Source of the DNA: Selaginella moellendorffii | Taxonomy: Eukaryota > Plantae > Lycopodiophyta | Direction: 5' to 3' | Assembly (NCBI RefSeq): GCF_000143415.4 | Contig: NW_003314269.1 | Coordinates: 2,301,544-2,365,543, forward strand | DNA: 64,000 nt | Part shown: positions 28,045 through 38,460 of the stretch, piece after piece | Layout: each line of letters opens with the position of its first letter | Position numbering within the stretch: the stretch's first letter is position 1 | Position numbers and translations under genes: made by a program | The notes under the pieces: model-generated | What the model was told of the DNA's origin: nothing | Databases searched by the model: none | What the model saw: the letters and a program-made list of their open reading frames with translations, nothing else

Positions 28045-28770
28045 GTAAAAAGCTTGCCTTAATAATCCTGGCGCATGGAAAGTTTTGGGCCCAGGACAAT
28101 CTCGCCGCCGCTCAAGTTGTCGACGGTGGATTTTCATTATCTGAAACCCTTTTAGTTAGCTTGAGTTTTTGAGAATGAGGTTTCACTTAGCTTACGTGCA
28201 TCAGACGGCTAGAAAACAGCGAGAGCCAGGAAGCAGCGGCCTCTGTCCCCAGGCAAAGCTTTCCCTGCTTAAAGGCTCAATGCAAATCAAACATATAAAC
28301 AAAAGTACCTCCGGCATCTAAACAAAGATGAGAAACCTGAGAAAGCTTGATGGCTCGTCATCAACAGAGCATCCCCCTCTAGAGAAGTTTTCCTTGCATC
28401 CTTGCATCTTGAACTTTCTTACCCAGGTCCCACTGAGGCTTCTGAATGACCGTGCTTCTACTGGATAGCTAGAAAGAAGACAATGCATCTTAGAAAAAAG
28501 TTAAGCGAGAAGCTGCACATACATCAAAAGTTTGCTTTGGAATTCTCTGGCGATGTCGGGCTCCCCTTCACCCTGAAGTAGCATAGAAGAAATCCTTTTA
28601 AGTAGAACCTGTACTAAGGTATAGCAACGAGTTCTAACTTCTTCAAACCATCTTCGAGTCCATCTTTTCAGGGACTTGTCATTGGACATGGGGTCTTCCA
28701 CAGCCAACCCTATAAAATGGAATTATCAACCAGTCTGTGTGGCAAGAACAACATTACTTGTTTCTGCCTA
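28045..28770 (-). pseudogene. Partial, internally deleted duplicate of the PH-LRR gene
   Basis: 28045-28190 matches ~31505-31712 and 28190-28770 matches ~32612-33245 (KSLKRWTRRWFE exon). Confidence 0.8.
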
Positions 28771-28829
28771 ATAGGAAAGAAAGAAGAGAGAAAAAGGAGG
28801 GCCCATTGCAAAAAGCCCGATTTTCACGT

Positions 28830-30400
28830 AGATGAGCTTCGGCTGGCCTTTCAGAGGATGAACTTAAACTCCATATAATCTCTTTTGCTTTAGAAACTAC
28901 AAGAATGAAAACGATTGGACGCGAAACAAAAATGATAGTCTGGGAGGATCGAGAGGAATCTCTTCAGTTTTGGACGAACCAAAGCCCGATTGCACGAGGG
29001 GAATTGGGAGGAAAAGTCGATGGCTATGTGATATGTGCGAAGAAATGCTTTCTTCCTACGATTAACGGATCTCTCAGCATCTCCAATGGCATCCCATACC
29101 ATTCTCCTAGTGCCATCTGGACCACTGCTATGTTATTCTAATAAGACACTAAATTCTATACTAACAAGAAAGTCTTGTGATACTTTTTAGATGTATAAAC
29201 ACTACTCCATTTGGGTGAATTCGCCCAACTGAATGGACACTATGGACCTAAGAGGGAATCAGAATGTTTTAAAAAAGTATAAACCAACGAGGTTTAAACT
29301 TTTCTTTTCCCAGATACAGATAGGAAGAACATTTTCATACCAATTTTTTTCCTACCAAAGAGATGGAAACTTTGTTGGTTTATGGTTATAAGCTTTAATG
29401 TGATACTTTTGGATATTGAAATGATTATCCAGTGATGGTGGCTATAAGCCTTCATGCAATACCTCTAGAAGCGTTAATATGATATTTAATGAGGAGTTAA
29501 ACAACCATTATCCCTATTATATATTTGGAACCTTAGTCTTTAGTGCTCCAAGACTTTATAGAGTATATACCTTAATAATGGATTATATTCTGGAAGCCTT
29601 TCTTTTTAGGTGAAAATTTTTATCAACAATTTGGAGATGATGGATATCTTAACTTCTAATAAGATTTTTCATAATATTAGTAATTTAATACTGTTCCTTC
29701 AATCGACCACATAAAAAGCCTTGAGGAGGAATGTGTGGTGCTCTCAGAGTGATCCTCATCTTCTGTGAGAGTGGCAAAAATATCAAAGCTGATGTTTATT
29801 GAAGAGTTGCAGCCACCATCTATTTTCCTTTGTCAAGAGTGTATAGATCTACATCTGGGATGATGTCTCAGTTAAAGGCATCCCACTGTGGTCACCATCT
29901 ATTGTGAGGGAACCTTGCAACCTTGCCGCCCACTCAAGATCCAATGAAAATCGATTTCTGACTGGAAATGCCACTAGAAAATGTGTCCAATCTCAATAAC
30001 ACAATATATATAAGAATATCCCTAGAATCATACCCATGATACTGAACATGGGGTTGTGGTTGAGTTCTTGCTTAGTTATCAAATATATCTTAAATAACAA
30101 ACATGACTTTCTCCAGCATTTGCTGCGTCCATTCTTTTGTCACACACTTAGATTGGAATTGTCACGAAGATATTGGAATGCTTCAGCGTCGTATACAGGA
30201 TCGTTCTTCACGATCTCGATGGAGTGGTTGGGCCCCAGCTTGGCTGGCCCTTGTACGACACAGGATAGGATCAACGACTCAGAACTCACTTCAAGATCTA
30301 CACCACTTGTAACTTTGTTCTCTGGTCCCTATGTTCATCATCAGCCTATAGCCCGAATACAAACATTATAAGTTCAAGGTGAGCTTCGGCGCCTTCCTCC
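28830..30400 (+). pseudogene. Further decayed lectin-family remnants
   Basis: GATTGCACGAGG...GATGGCTATGTGATATG at ~28988-29040 repeats the 26850 remnant. ~30170-30400 gives WNASAS, GCTGGCCCTTGTACGAC (WPF-like), SGPYV, YKFKV, ELRRLP. Confidence 0.55.
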
Positions 30401-30502
30401 TATATAAAACAAGCCTTTCGAATGTAGATTATCGTAGCTGCCAAGTTTTGTCTGACTCATTTATAAAAAGTGGCTCGTTCTCTCTCTCTCTCTAGGCACG
30501 CC

Positions 30503-31504
30503 ATGATCAGGGTGGCATCCCTTGTCATCTTACTGTTCTTCCTGCAACCTTGGCCTGGTTCTAGCGTGACGATCCGGGAGAGGAGGCATGTGGGACGCTT
30601 CTCCCAGTTCGAAGCCAGGAGGATTACAAATGCCATCTCCAATCGCATCAGACAGCTCTCCTACGACTCCTCGTACAGCTCAGGCAGGAGCTTCAGCTAT
30701 ACGTTCATGGTCACGAACAGGATCAAAGCCTCGATACGCCTCTGGTTCTTCAGCATCGCCCCCTCCAGGGTTTACAGCTTGTGTTCCATCTCGCCCGATA
30801 AGTCCATGATCTTGTCCACCCAAACCTTGCAGCAAGCCTACTGGGACATCTTCAACACCATCTACACCGAGTCCCAAGCTCACGGGTATGGATCCATGAT
30901 CGTCTTCTCCAAGCTCTTTGCCATTGACTACGTCTCTTGGGAGGGACAGCCGGACAGAGAGGAGCTTTGGAGCGTTGAAACCACGGACAACTCGAGCTTG
31001 CATGGCCGTGATCTTTGGAACGAGTCAGCTTTCTCTTTGCTCCGCCGGGACGCCGTGCCTGGCGATCTGGACCTCGCCGTGGACGACTGCTGGCCTTTTG
31101 CGACGAGCATGATCAGCGGGCATGGATCCGTCGGCTCCTTCTTCATGGGTCCGTACATCTTGGAGTCGAAAAACCAGAAGTTCAAGGCCTTGATCAGGAG
31201 CGACTGTTACTTCGTCCTCTACGAGTGGCGTGATGGCCTGGGTGGCAAGAGGGAGGTGTGGAACAGCGGGAGGGTCATGAAGAACCGGTATGCATCGTGT
31301 TCCGTCAGCCTCCAAGTCGATTCCAATATGGTCATTGTGGATAATTGGGGGAGAAAGCCGCAGTTTGCCTTCGCATCCAATGTCTACTGCAAGCCACAGC
31401 CGAATTGTGTTAGAACGGCCGGGCTCTCGGTGGAGGACGACGGCTACATTGTGGTGTGGGAGACGGACAGCCAACGCGAGCTCTGGCGTGTTCCTCGCAG
31501 ATGA
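30503..31504 (+). CDS. Secreted bulb-lectin-domain protein, copy B
   Basis: Near-identical paralog of 27048-28040 with small in-frame indels; ATG at 30503 (MIRVASLVILL). Confidence 0.75.
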   Translation: MIRVASLVILLFFLQPWPGSSVTIRERRHVGRFSQFEARRITNAISNRIRQLSYDSSYSSGRSFSYTFMVTNRIKASIRLWFFSIAPSRVYSLCSISPDKSMILSTQTLQQAYWDIFNTIYTESQAHGYGSMIVFSKLFAIDYVSWEGQPDREELWSVETTDNSSLHGRDLWNESAFSLLRRDAVPGDLDLAVDDCWPFATSMISGHGSVGSFFMGPYILESKNQKFKALIRSDCYFVLYEWRDGLGGKREVWNSGRVMKNRYASCSVSLQVDSNMVIVDNWGRKPQFAFASNVYCKPQPNCVRTAGLSVEDDGYIVVWETDSQRELWRVPRR

Positions 31505-33903
31505 CAATGGAAAAAACTTGCCTTAATAATCCTGGCGCATGGAAAGCTTGCTTTTGGTTGAGCCAGGACAATCTCGCCGCCGCTCAAGTTGCTCTGCAAG
31601 TCGACGGCGATGCTTGGAAGGGCTTTGGAGATTTTCATAATCTGGAAAAACCACAGATGCCTTTTAGCTTGATTTTGTTTGGAAGAATGAGAATAATAAA
31701 AACTTTCACTTACAGCCGCTCCTTGATCACAAATCTTGTTCTCTCCAATGTGCAAAGCTTTGAGTCCGATCGGCGGCGGTGCCTTGCCGATGATATCGGC
31801 TAGTGTGTGAACGCCCTGCACAGGCAGCAAACGTCATGGCAATATTTTACACTCAAAGCTGTATGAAATACTTTATCGGTTATCCCATTGTCGACCACTG
31901 AAAGTTTCTGAAGTGCGGCAGTTATAGGACGGCCAGTCTCCCAAATATTTCTTGCAAGAATCTCCAGCCCCTACAGTTTTTGGTTCATGTCAGTGAAAAC
32001 GATGTATGTATGAGCAAACCCGGTCAGAGAGCTGGTTATGGTCCAAAAGTAGTTCCTGGAGTGTGCTACTTTCAGAGATTGCCAAACCCAGACCCGAAGC
32101 ACTTTTTGCTCGAATCATATTCTCCTGTAGCGTCAACAAAATGCTAATAGCGATGGCACTTCACTTTACACTTACACTAAAGTCAAGTCTTTCAAGGGCA
32201 ACCTTCAAAGACATGGACATGGTCGCTAAGTGTCCTTGTATCTTTGACATCTCTTTGTCACCGAGCTTGCAGTTTGCTAAACTAAGGCTCTTGACGGACT
32301 GAAAGAGTTGAGGCTACGTTAGTAGGAAAATAAACTGGAATGGTGTCAACTTACGGAACAGCTTGGAAGCAAGTCCGAAAGGCCAATAAGTAAAGACTCC
32401 GTATCAGCACAGTCCTTAAAATCCCAGTGCTCGACATTAGGATTTTCCAGCAATCTGACAGCAAGCAAATTAAGAACAAGGAAAGAAATATATACATTCT
32501 TGTTACTTGAGCACGGTTTTATCTGGTTGCATGTGCGAAACCTGGGCCTTTTCTACATATGAGGTCTGAAATAAAACCATTTCTTTTAGCATACCACCAC
32601 TTTGCTAACTTAACTTACTTGCATCAGACGTCTAGAAAACAGCGAGAGCCATGAAGCAGCAACCTCGGTGGTTTCTGCTTGCAGGCATAGCTTTCCCTGT
32701 GAAAAGGGCTCAATACAGACAAAAAATTTAAACAATGGTACCTCCGGTATCTGAACAAAGATGAGAAACCCAAGAAAGCTTGATGGATCATCACCAACAA
32801 AAGCATCCCCGTCTGGAGCAAATTTCCTTGCATCGTGAACTTTCTTACCCAGGTCGTCCCAGTGAGGCTTCCGAATGACCGTGTTCCTACTGGATAGCTT
32901 ACAAAAGAAAAACAAAGTAGTTTAGAAGAAAGTTAAACGGGAAGGCACACATCAAAGATTCGCCTTGGTTCTTTGCTCTGGATATCCATCTCTGGCGATG
33001 TCAAGCTCTCCTTCACCCTGTAGTAGCTCAAAAGAAATCCTTTCAAGTAGAACCTGCATCAAGGTACATAATAAAAATATCCCAACGAGAAATAAAGTTA
33101 TAAACTTCTTCAAACCATCTTCGAGTCCACCGACTTTTCAGGGACTTATCATTAGACGTGAGAGGGGTCTTCCACAGCCAACCCTGTAAAGTGAAAACAT
33201 TATGCTAGATACCAGTCTGCATGGCGAGAACAACATTACTTGTTTTGTGGAATTCGAAGATATCTCGCTCGGCATTTCGAGCAACTCTCTTTGGACTCGG
33301 CTACCTCGTCCAGGGCCACCACTGTTAGTAGAGCCTGACTTGCCAGTGGAGCAGCTACTGAAGATGCTCTCACTACGGATTTGTAGTGATGAAAATCTTC
33401 TGTCTGGCAGGTGTTTGGCATCCTTAGTATGCTCTGGTACACATTTTTGTATCTGCAAAGACTTTACGCTTCAAGTGGCAGAGTACTAAATCCATAAACC
33501 TGAGAAACCAGCTGCAAAAACTCCTGCTGCGCAGCCACGATGTTACTCGAGAGCTTCTCAGCCTGCGGGAGCTTATGTGAATGAAAAGGAAAAACGAAAG
33601 GAAGAAAGAAAGAAACAATCACACACCTCATGCTGGACATTGACTATCTCTCTTCTAACCACGTCTAGCGCCGTATGCAATCCTTCGATCTGGTGTAGCA
33701 CAAAGAAGACGAACACCACTCTTGAAAGGCTTATAAAAGGAAAATGTCACCTCGTTTTGACGATGTTCTTTCTTTCCTCGCTCGTTTTGCTGAGGAATCT
33801 CGAGGACTTGCAAAGCATTGGCCCTCCTTTTGAAGGTATCGCTCGGAAATCTCCTGCTGCATGATCCATTCGGCTCCTCAAGCGGCAAGACCCCAGAATC
33901 CAT
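31444..33903 (-). CDS. Multi-exon protein: N-terminal coiled coil, PH domain and RI-type leucine-rich repeats
   Basis: Manual splicing: GWLWKTPL...KSRWTRRWFE and LCLQAETTEVAASWLSLF (PH start and end). LRRs: VKSLSLANCKLGDK, LERLDFSENMIRAK, LQELLLDHNQLSDRG, LQKLSVVDNGITDKG, LKALHIGENKICDQG. The 3' end is uncertain. Confidence 0.7.
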
Positions 33904-34084
33904 GCGAGGTAGCAGCGTTAAACCCGAAAGAAAGAGATCCAGAAACAATACAATCCAGCAGGCAGTCGAACCTAAGAATGCGCCGGTCGCTCGGCGCTCC
34001 AGCTTCCATTATGGAGCGATCGATCGCAGAACGCTCCCTCTCTCCCCCAAAATGCGCACAAGAATGAAATTTAGCTAGGGTTTA

Positions 34085-34872
34085 TCAAAACAATGGGAAT
34101 TCCACTCTCGAGTGGCAAGAGCTGCGAGGGAGCACAGGACAGGGCGTGATCTCTAGATTCTCTTTGCTCACGCACAGATAGATCTGGTAGAGCTGGGAGC
34201 TCCCGGAATCGTCGTCGTCGGCATTGCAGGTGATTCCAGGGGCATATCCTCCGTCCTGGAGCGCGTTCTTGATCAGGGAAAGGGCATAGGATTTTCCGTC
34301 GGGCGAGATTCCTGCTTGCTCCAGCGCTCCCAGAAGATCCACGCTCTTCCTCAGGCGCAGCGCAGCGGCGAAGTAATCGCGCTGGCTGCGCAGGATCTTC
34401 TCCGAGCACGTCCCGTGCTTCTCCCACTCGTGCGCCCAGAATTTCTCGCTGTTGCTACTCGGGCAGGATAGCGAGCTCCACAGCGCGTCCATGTCGCCGC
34501 GAAGACCTCCAATCTGGAATCAGGTTTAAGATCTTCGTTCGTCTTCCATCGGATCGATTGGGACACTTACTTGAGAGGCATTGAATGGTCTCGAGGGATC
34601 GCAGTTCTCGGGGTAGCTTCCATCGAGATTGTTTGGCCAGAGCCCATGGATCGAGAAATCGGAGGCTGGCTTCCCGGATTGTGGGTAGCAGCAGCTGGTC
34701 GCGGCATCACAGTATGATCCAGGCCACTATATCCAAACAGATCAATGCTGCGAAGAGAAACAATCTGGAATCCATCTCTAACCTCCAAGACGAGGTAAAA
34801 GAAATCGAATGCCGACAATGTGCCCAACATAGTGAAGAATCCAACCAAGAGCGCGGCCGGGAGCTTCGACAT
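34085..34872 (-). CDS. Secreted ribonuclease T2 (S-like RNase), 3 exons
   Basis: Signal peptide, FDFFYLVLEWPGSYC, CAS I FSIHGLWP, CAS II FWAHEWEKHGTC. Confidence 0.95.
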
Positions 34873-35130
34873 TTTCCTCTGTTAGTGATCCCCACCGCAT
34901 CGATCACAGTTCCCAGGTTTATGCGCGGTGAGCGTTTTGTCGAGATTCGCTCGCTGCGTCGTCATGCGGCTGAGCGATGGGATCCGGCCGCAGCTGTTTC
35001 TGGTAACCGACCAAAACAAAAGAGCGCGCAATCAATTCGTTTGAATCGAAGAGCCCTAAAATATCAGGAGCCCTAATTCCAAGAACCCTAAAAACAGAGA
35101 ATCTTCCCCTCTTTCCAAAACAGAGGAGAA

Positions 35131-35681
35131 ATGCTACTGCTACCGCTGGTCTTCCTCGCGCCCATCTGGGTCGCTGCCGAGTCCATCGATTTCCAGTTCT
35201 ACATCCACGAAGCCCACCGCGATCCACGTCGCGGGCCCCCCATTCTTCGATCCCAGGTGTACAATGGCACAATTGGCGGCGTGGCCGTGTTTGACGATCT
35301 CGTCACGGCCGATGGGGGCTCCGCCGCCACTCTCGGCCGGGCCCAGGGCGTCTATATCAACGCCGCCCACGCCATGGATACATCATTCTGGAGCTTCGTC
35401 GTAGCTTTCCCACGTCGGGACAACACAGAGGAAGCAGCCTTAGCTAGACAGGTCCGTTCGTGCTTATCTTTTCTTCCTTGGATTGGAACCCTCGATGAAA
35501 TTCCTGGGATGACCACTGTAGGTACTATATTCCTGGGCGAGAGCTATCAGTCGTGGGAGGGACTGGACAGTTCCGAGCCGCCAATGGCTACTGCAACATG
35601 TATACAATCTCCGTCGCTAATGGGACATCGCTCTTCTTCCTCACTGGGACTCTAAAAACTCCAACTAATCTTCGCGATTGA
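35131..35681 (+). pseudogene. Dirigent protein, apparently disrupted
   Basis: FQFYIHE, GGVAVFDDLVT, LGRAQGVY, then RELSVVGGTGQFRAANGY in another frame. The GSSLS strand is out of frame and followed by TAG (~35445). I found no GT-AG splice that restores the frame. Confidence 0.65.
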
Positions 35682-35795
35682 CTCCTGTACAACGTGGAAT
35701 GATTGGAAACGATCTCTACAGTTTTTTTTCGAATGCTCTTCTTCCTCACTTGGACTCTAAAAACTTCCACCCAATCTTCGCGATTGGCTCCTGTA
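35631..35795. repeat. ~60-bp direct duplication of the dirigent 3' end
   Basis: CTCTTCTTCCTCAC.GGACTCTAAAAACT...AATCTTCGCGATTG.CTCCTGTA at ~35631 and ~35736. Confidence 0.8.
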
Positions 35796-35929
35796 ACTAC
35801 ATCGATCACGACGTGGAATGATAGTTGACGATGGCACTTCCTTCTGGAAAAGGTCTCTACATTTTTTGACTCTTCGTCAATTTCTTGTTCCTTGTTTCTA
35901 GGGCAGATGAGTGGGAAAACTTAAAACTT

Positions 35930-36380
35930 TGGACCCTGGCGCGTCGAACTTTGGAGCACGTAAGCGTCTGGACACAAAGTCGCCGGATGAGCGCCAGGAT
36001 CTGAGATGTCTGGCGGGATCAGCCGGCGGCCATATGCATCGGGAGAGCCTGGGATTCTCAAAGCTCCCTCCTGCACGTAGGGATGCTTGCATGGGAAGCC
36101 CCGCCACCTTCTCCTTGGCCTCCACGAGGAGATTGTAGAGCTTAGGTTTTGGGCGGGAGCTGTGTGGAAGCGTCGAGTTACCAGGTGAGGATCCACGGCA
36201 TGCAGCTCTGGCAAGCTTCCAGGCGTGGTGGCGACACCCCATTGTTGGCGTCTCCACTCGGACGGAGAAATCGTGGGAGTTCCACATTTGGGTCTGGAAG
36301 CGCCGACACGTCGTGGCCGATCTCGTTTATGCCGATCGGACGATCGACTGCACCGAACGCTTCCAGATACCACATTCTGG
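35930..36380 (-). pseudogene. Remnant of a 2OG-Fe(II) oxygenase-like gene
   Basis: RHHAWKL, PKLYNLLV, GFPCKHPYVQ; shares a 32-nt near-identical core with 54690-54721. Confidence 0.55.
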
Positions 36381-36489
36381 AGCTTCATCGTAACTTCCAT
36401 GTAGGGACAACAAAGTCTAGATAGGGTATTTTATTACCGGTCGTGAGAGTAATGGCTGGAGATTTTTATATTCGTTGCAGCGCGATTGA

Positions 36490-38122
36490 CTATGTATTGA
36501 TTGACAGCGTTTTGTATGTGGCATCCTCGAGGCGCGCCGACACTCTCACGTTAATCGGGTGCTCCATGAAGTTGACCACCGCCATAGCCTCGGTCATCTG
36601 GTGCTTCTCGATGTCGCCCGCGTAGCTCCAGTCGAATCCGTGGAGCAAGTTGGAGAGAACGAGCTGGACGTTGCGGAGGCCGAGTGGAAGGCCCGGGCAT
36701 CCCCGCTTGCCGGATCCAAACGGGAGGAGCTCGAAGTCGTGGCCGTGCACGTTGAAGCTCGTGCCCATGAATCTGTCGGGGTTGAACTCGAGGGGATTGC
36801 TCCACACGCTCGGGTCGCGGCCGATGGCGAAGACATTGACGAAGATCATCGAGTTCTTGGCGATGTCGTAGCCCGCGACTTTCTGGTTTTGAGCGGTGGT
36901 GTGAGGGACCATCATGGTGAGCGGGGGATGGAGCCGAAACACCTCCTTGGTCACGGCGTTAAAGTACTCGAGCTTGGGCAAGTCCGACTCCTCGATCATG
37001 CGCTCTCGTCCCACAACTCTCTCGAGCTCTTCCTGTGCCTTGGCGATGACTTTGGGATAGTGGAGGAGCTCCGCCATAGCCCACTCCACGACTGTGGATG
37101 ACGTTTCAGATCCTCCCAGAAACATGTCCTGCGTGAAGAAGAGATCGTCAAAAAAAGTGTACGATGAAGACTCTGTTTGAAGGAAATCCAAGGCTTACCA
37201 CAAGGAGTGCCTTGGTGTATTTCATCTGGTCGGGGCCATCGAAGTATGACTTCGTGAGGGCCACGAAATCGGGGACCTCGCCGGGGCGCTGCTCGTCGAG
37301 AACTTTGGTGAGGAAGCTATCGAGCTTGTCGCTGGCGGCCTTGGCGGCAGGGACGGTCCAGTCGAGCCACTTCGTCCCGGGGAAGAAATCGGTGATGGCG
37401 AAGGCGCCGCCCACGGTGAGCACGCTGTCGATGATGTTGACGAATTCCTTGGCCTCCTGCAGCGCGCTCTCGTCGGTGGAGGCGCCGGGGCCGAAGTAGA
37501 CCTTCTTCATCAGGATCCGGGTCATGAGGTTGAAGCTCAGGCCTCGGAGACACCTCCGGAGCTTGACAACCTCGCCGCTCGCCGACGCCGCGCGGAGCTC
37601 CCCGCTGAGCTTCCAGAGCTCGTCCCGGATGATGTGCGTGAAGGAGGTGACGCGGCGCGCGGTGAAGAGCTCGGTGGCGCAGAGCTTGCGCGCCTTCTTG
37701 AAGTGATCGCCGTACGAGGACCAGGAGATGCTGCGCTGCCCGTAGAAGATGAAGTTCGCGGCGATCTTGTAGGGGCGATCCGCGAATGCGGTGTCGTGGG
37801 TCTTGAGGAACTCGCGCGCCATGGCGGGGCTGGAGACCACCACCACCGGGACGAAGCCAAAGCGCAGGGACATGAGCGGGCCAAAGTTGGCGGAGAGCTG
37901 CTGGAGCGAGACGTGTGGGAGGCGGCCGATGAGATGGAAGTGGCCGATGATCGGGAGGCCTCGCGGACCCGGCGGGAGATTCTTGAGACCATAGCGGCTC
38001 TTGGCGATCGCCCACCACGCGATCACCGCTGCCACCAGGGCGATGGTTAAGGTGGCGCGGATGGTGTTGCTGGCCGGGCCTTCGTCTTGGAGAGCGGCGG
38101 TGGCATTGACGAGCGACGCCAT
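36490..38122 (-). CDS. Cytochrome P450, A-type (CYP71 clan), 2 exons, intact
   Basis: TM anchor, LPPGPRGLPIIG, DMFLGGSETSS, KEVFRLHPP, FNPDRF, PFGSGKRGCPG; single intron at ~37129-37198. Confidence 0.95.
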
Positions 38123-38460
38123 TCCGTTCGTTAAGATCGATCGATTTCCAGTGATGCTGCAATGTGCCTCGAGCAAAGCACTGCAAAGATGCCCGTGATC
38201 AAGCATTGTTACTCGGGTGTTCTATATAGGCTGCCATTTGGCGCAGTTAACAACCAGTCATTCGGACTGGTCTAGTGAGATATAAGGGTGGAAGTTAAAA
38301 GATATTTAATACAACTCCCTGTTCTCAAAACTTTAAAGTAAACACACATTTCATCCCTTAAGCTTGTAAAAAAAGGAAATATTTTAGGTTTTCACTTGTC
38401 CACGTGAAATCTTTAGGGTTTATGGATATGGGTTAGGGTTCTTGGTTTGAAGAGGGCAAC

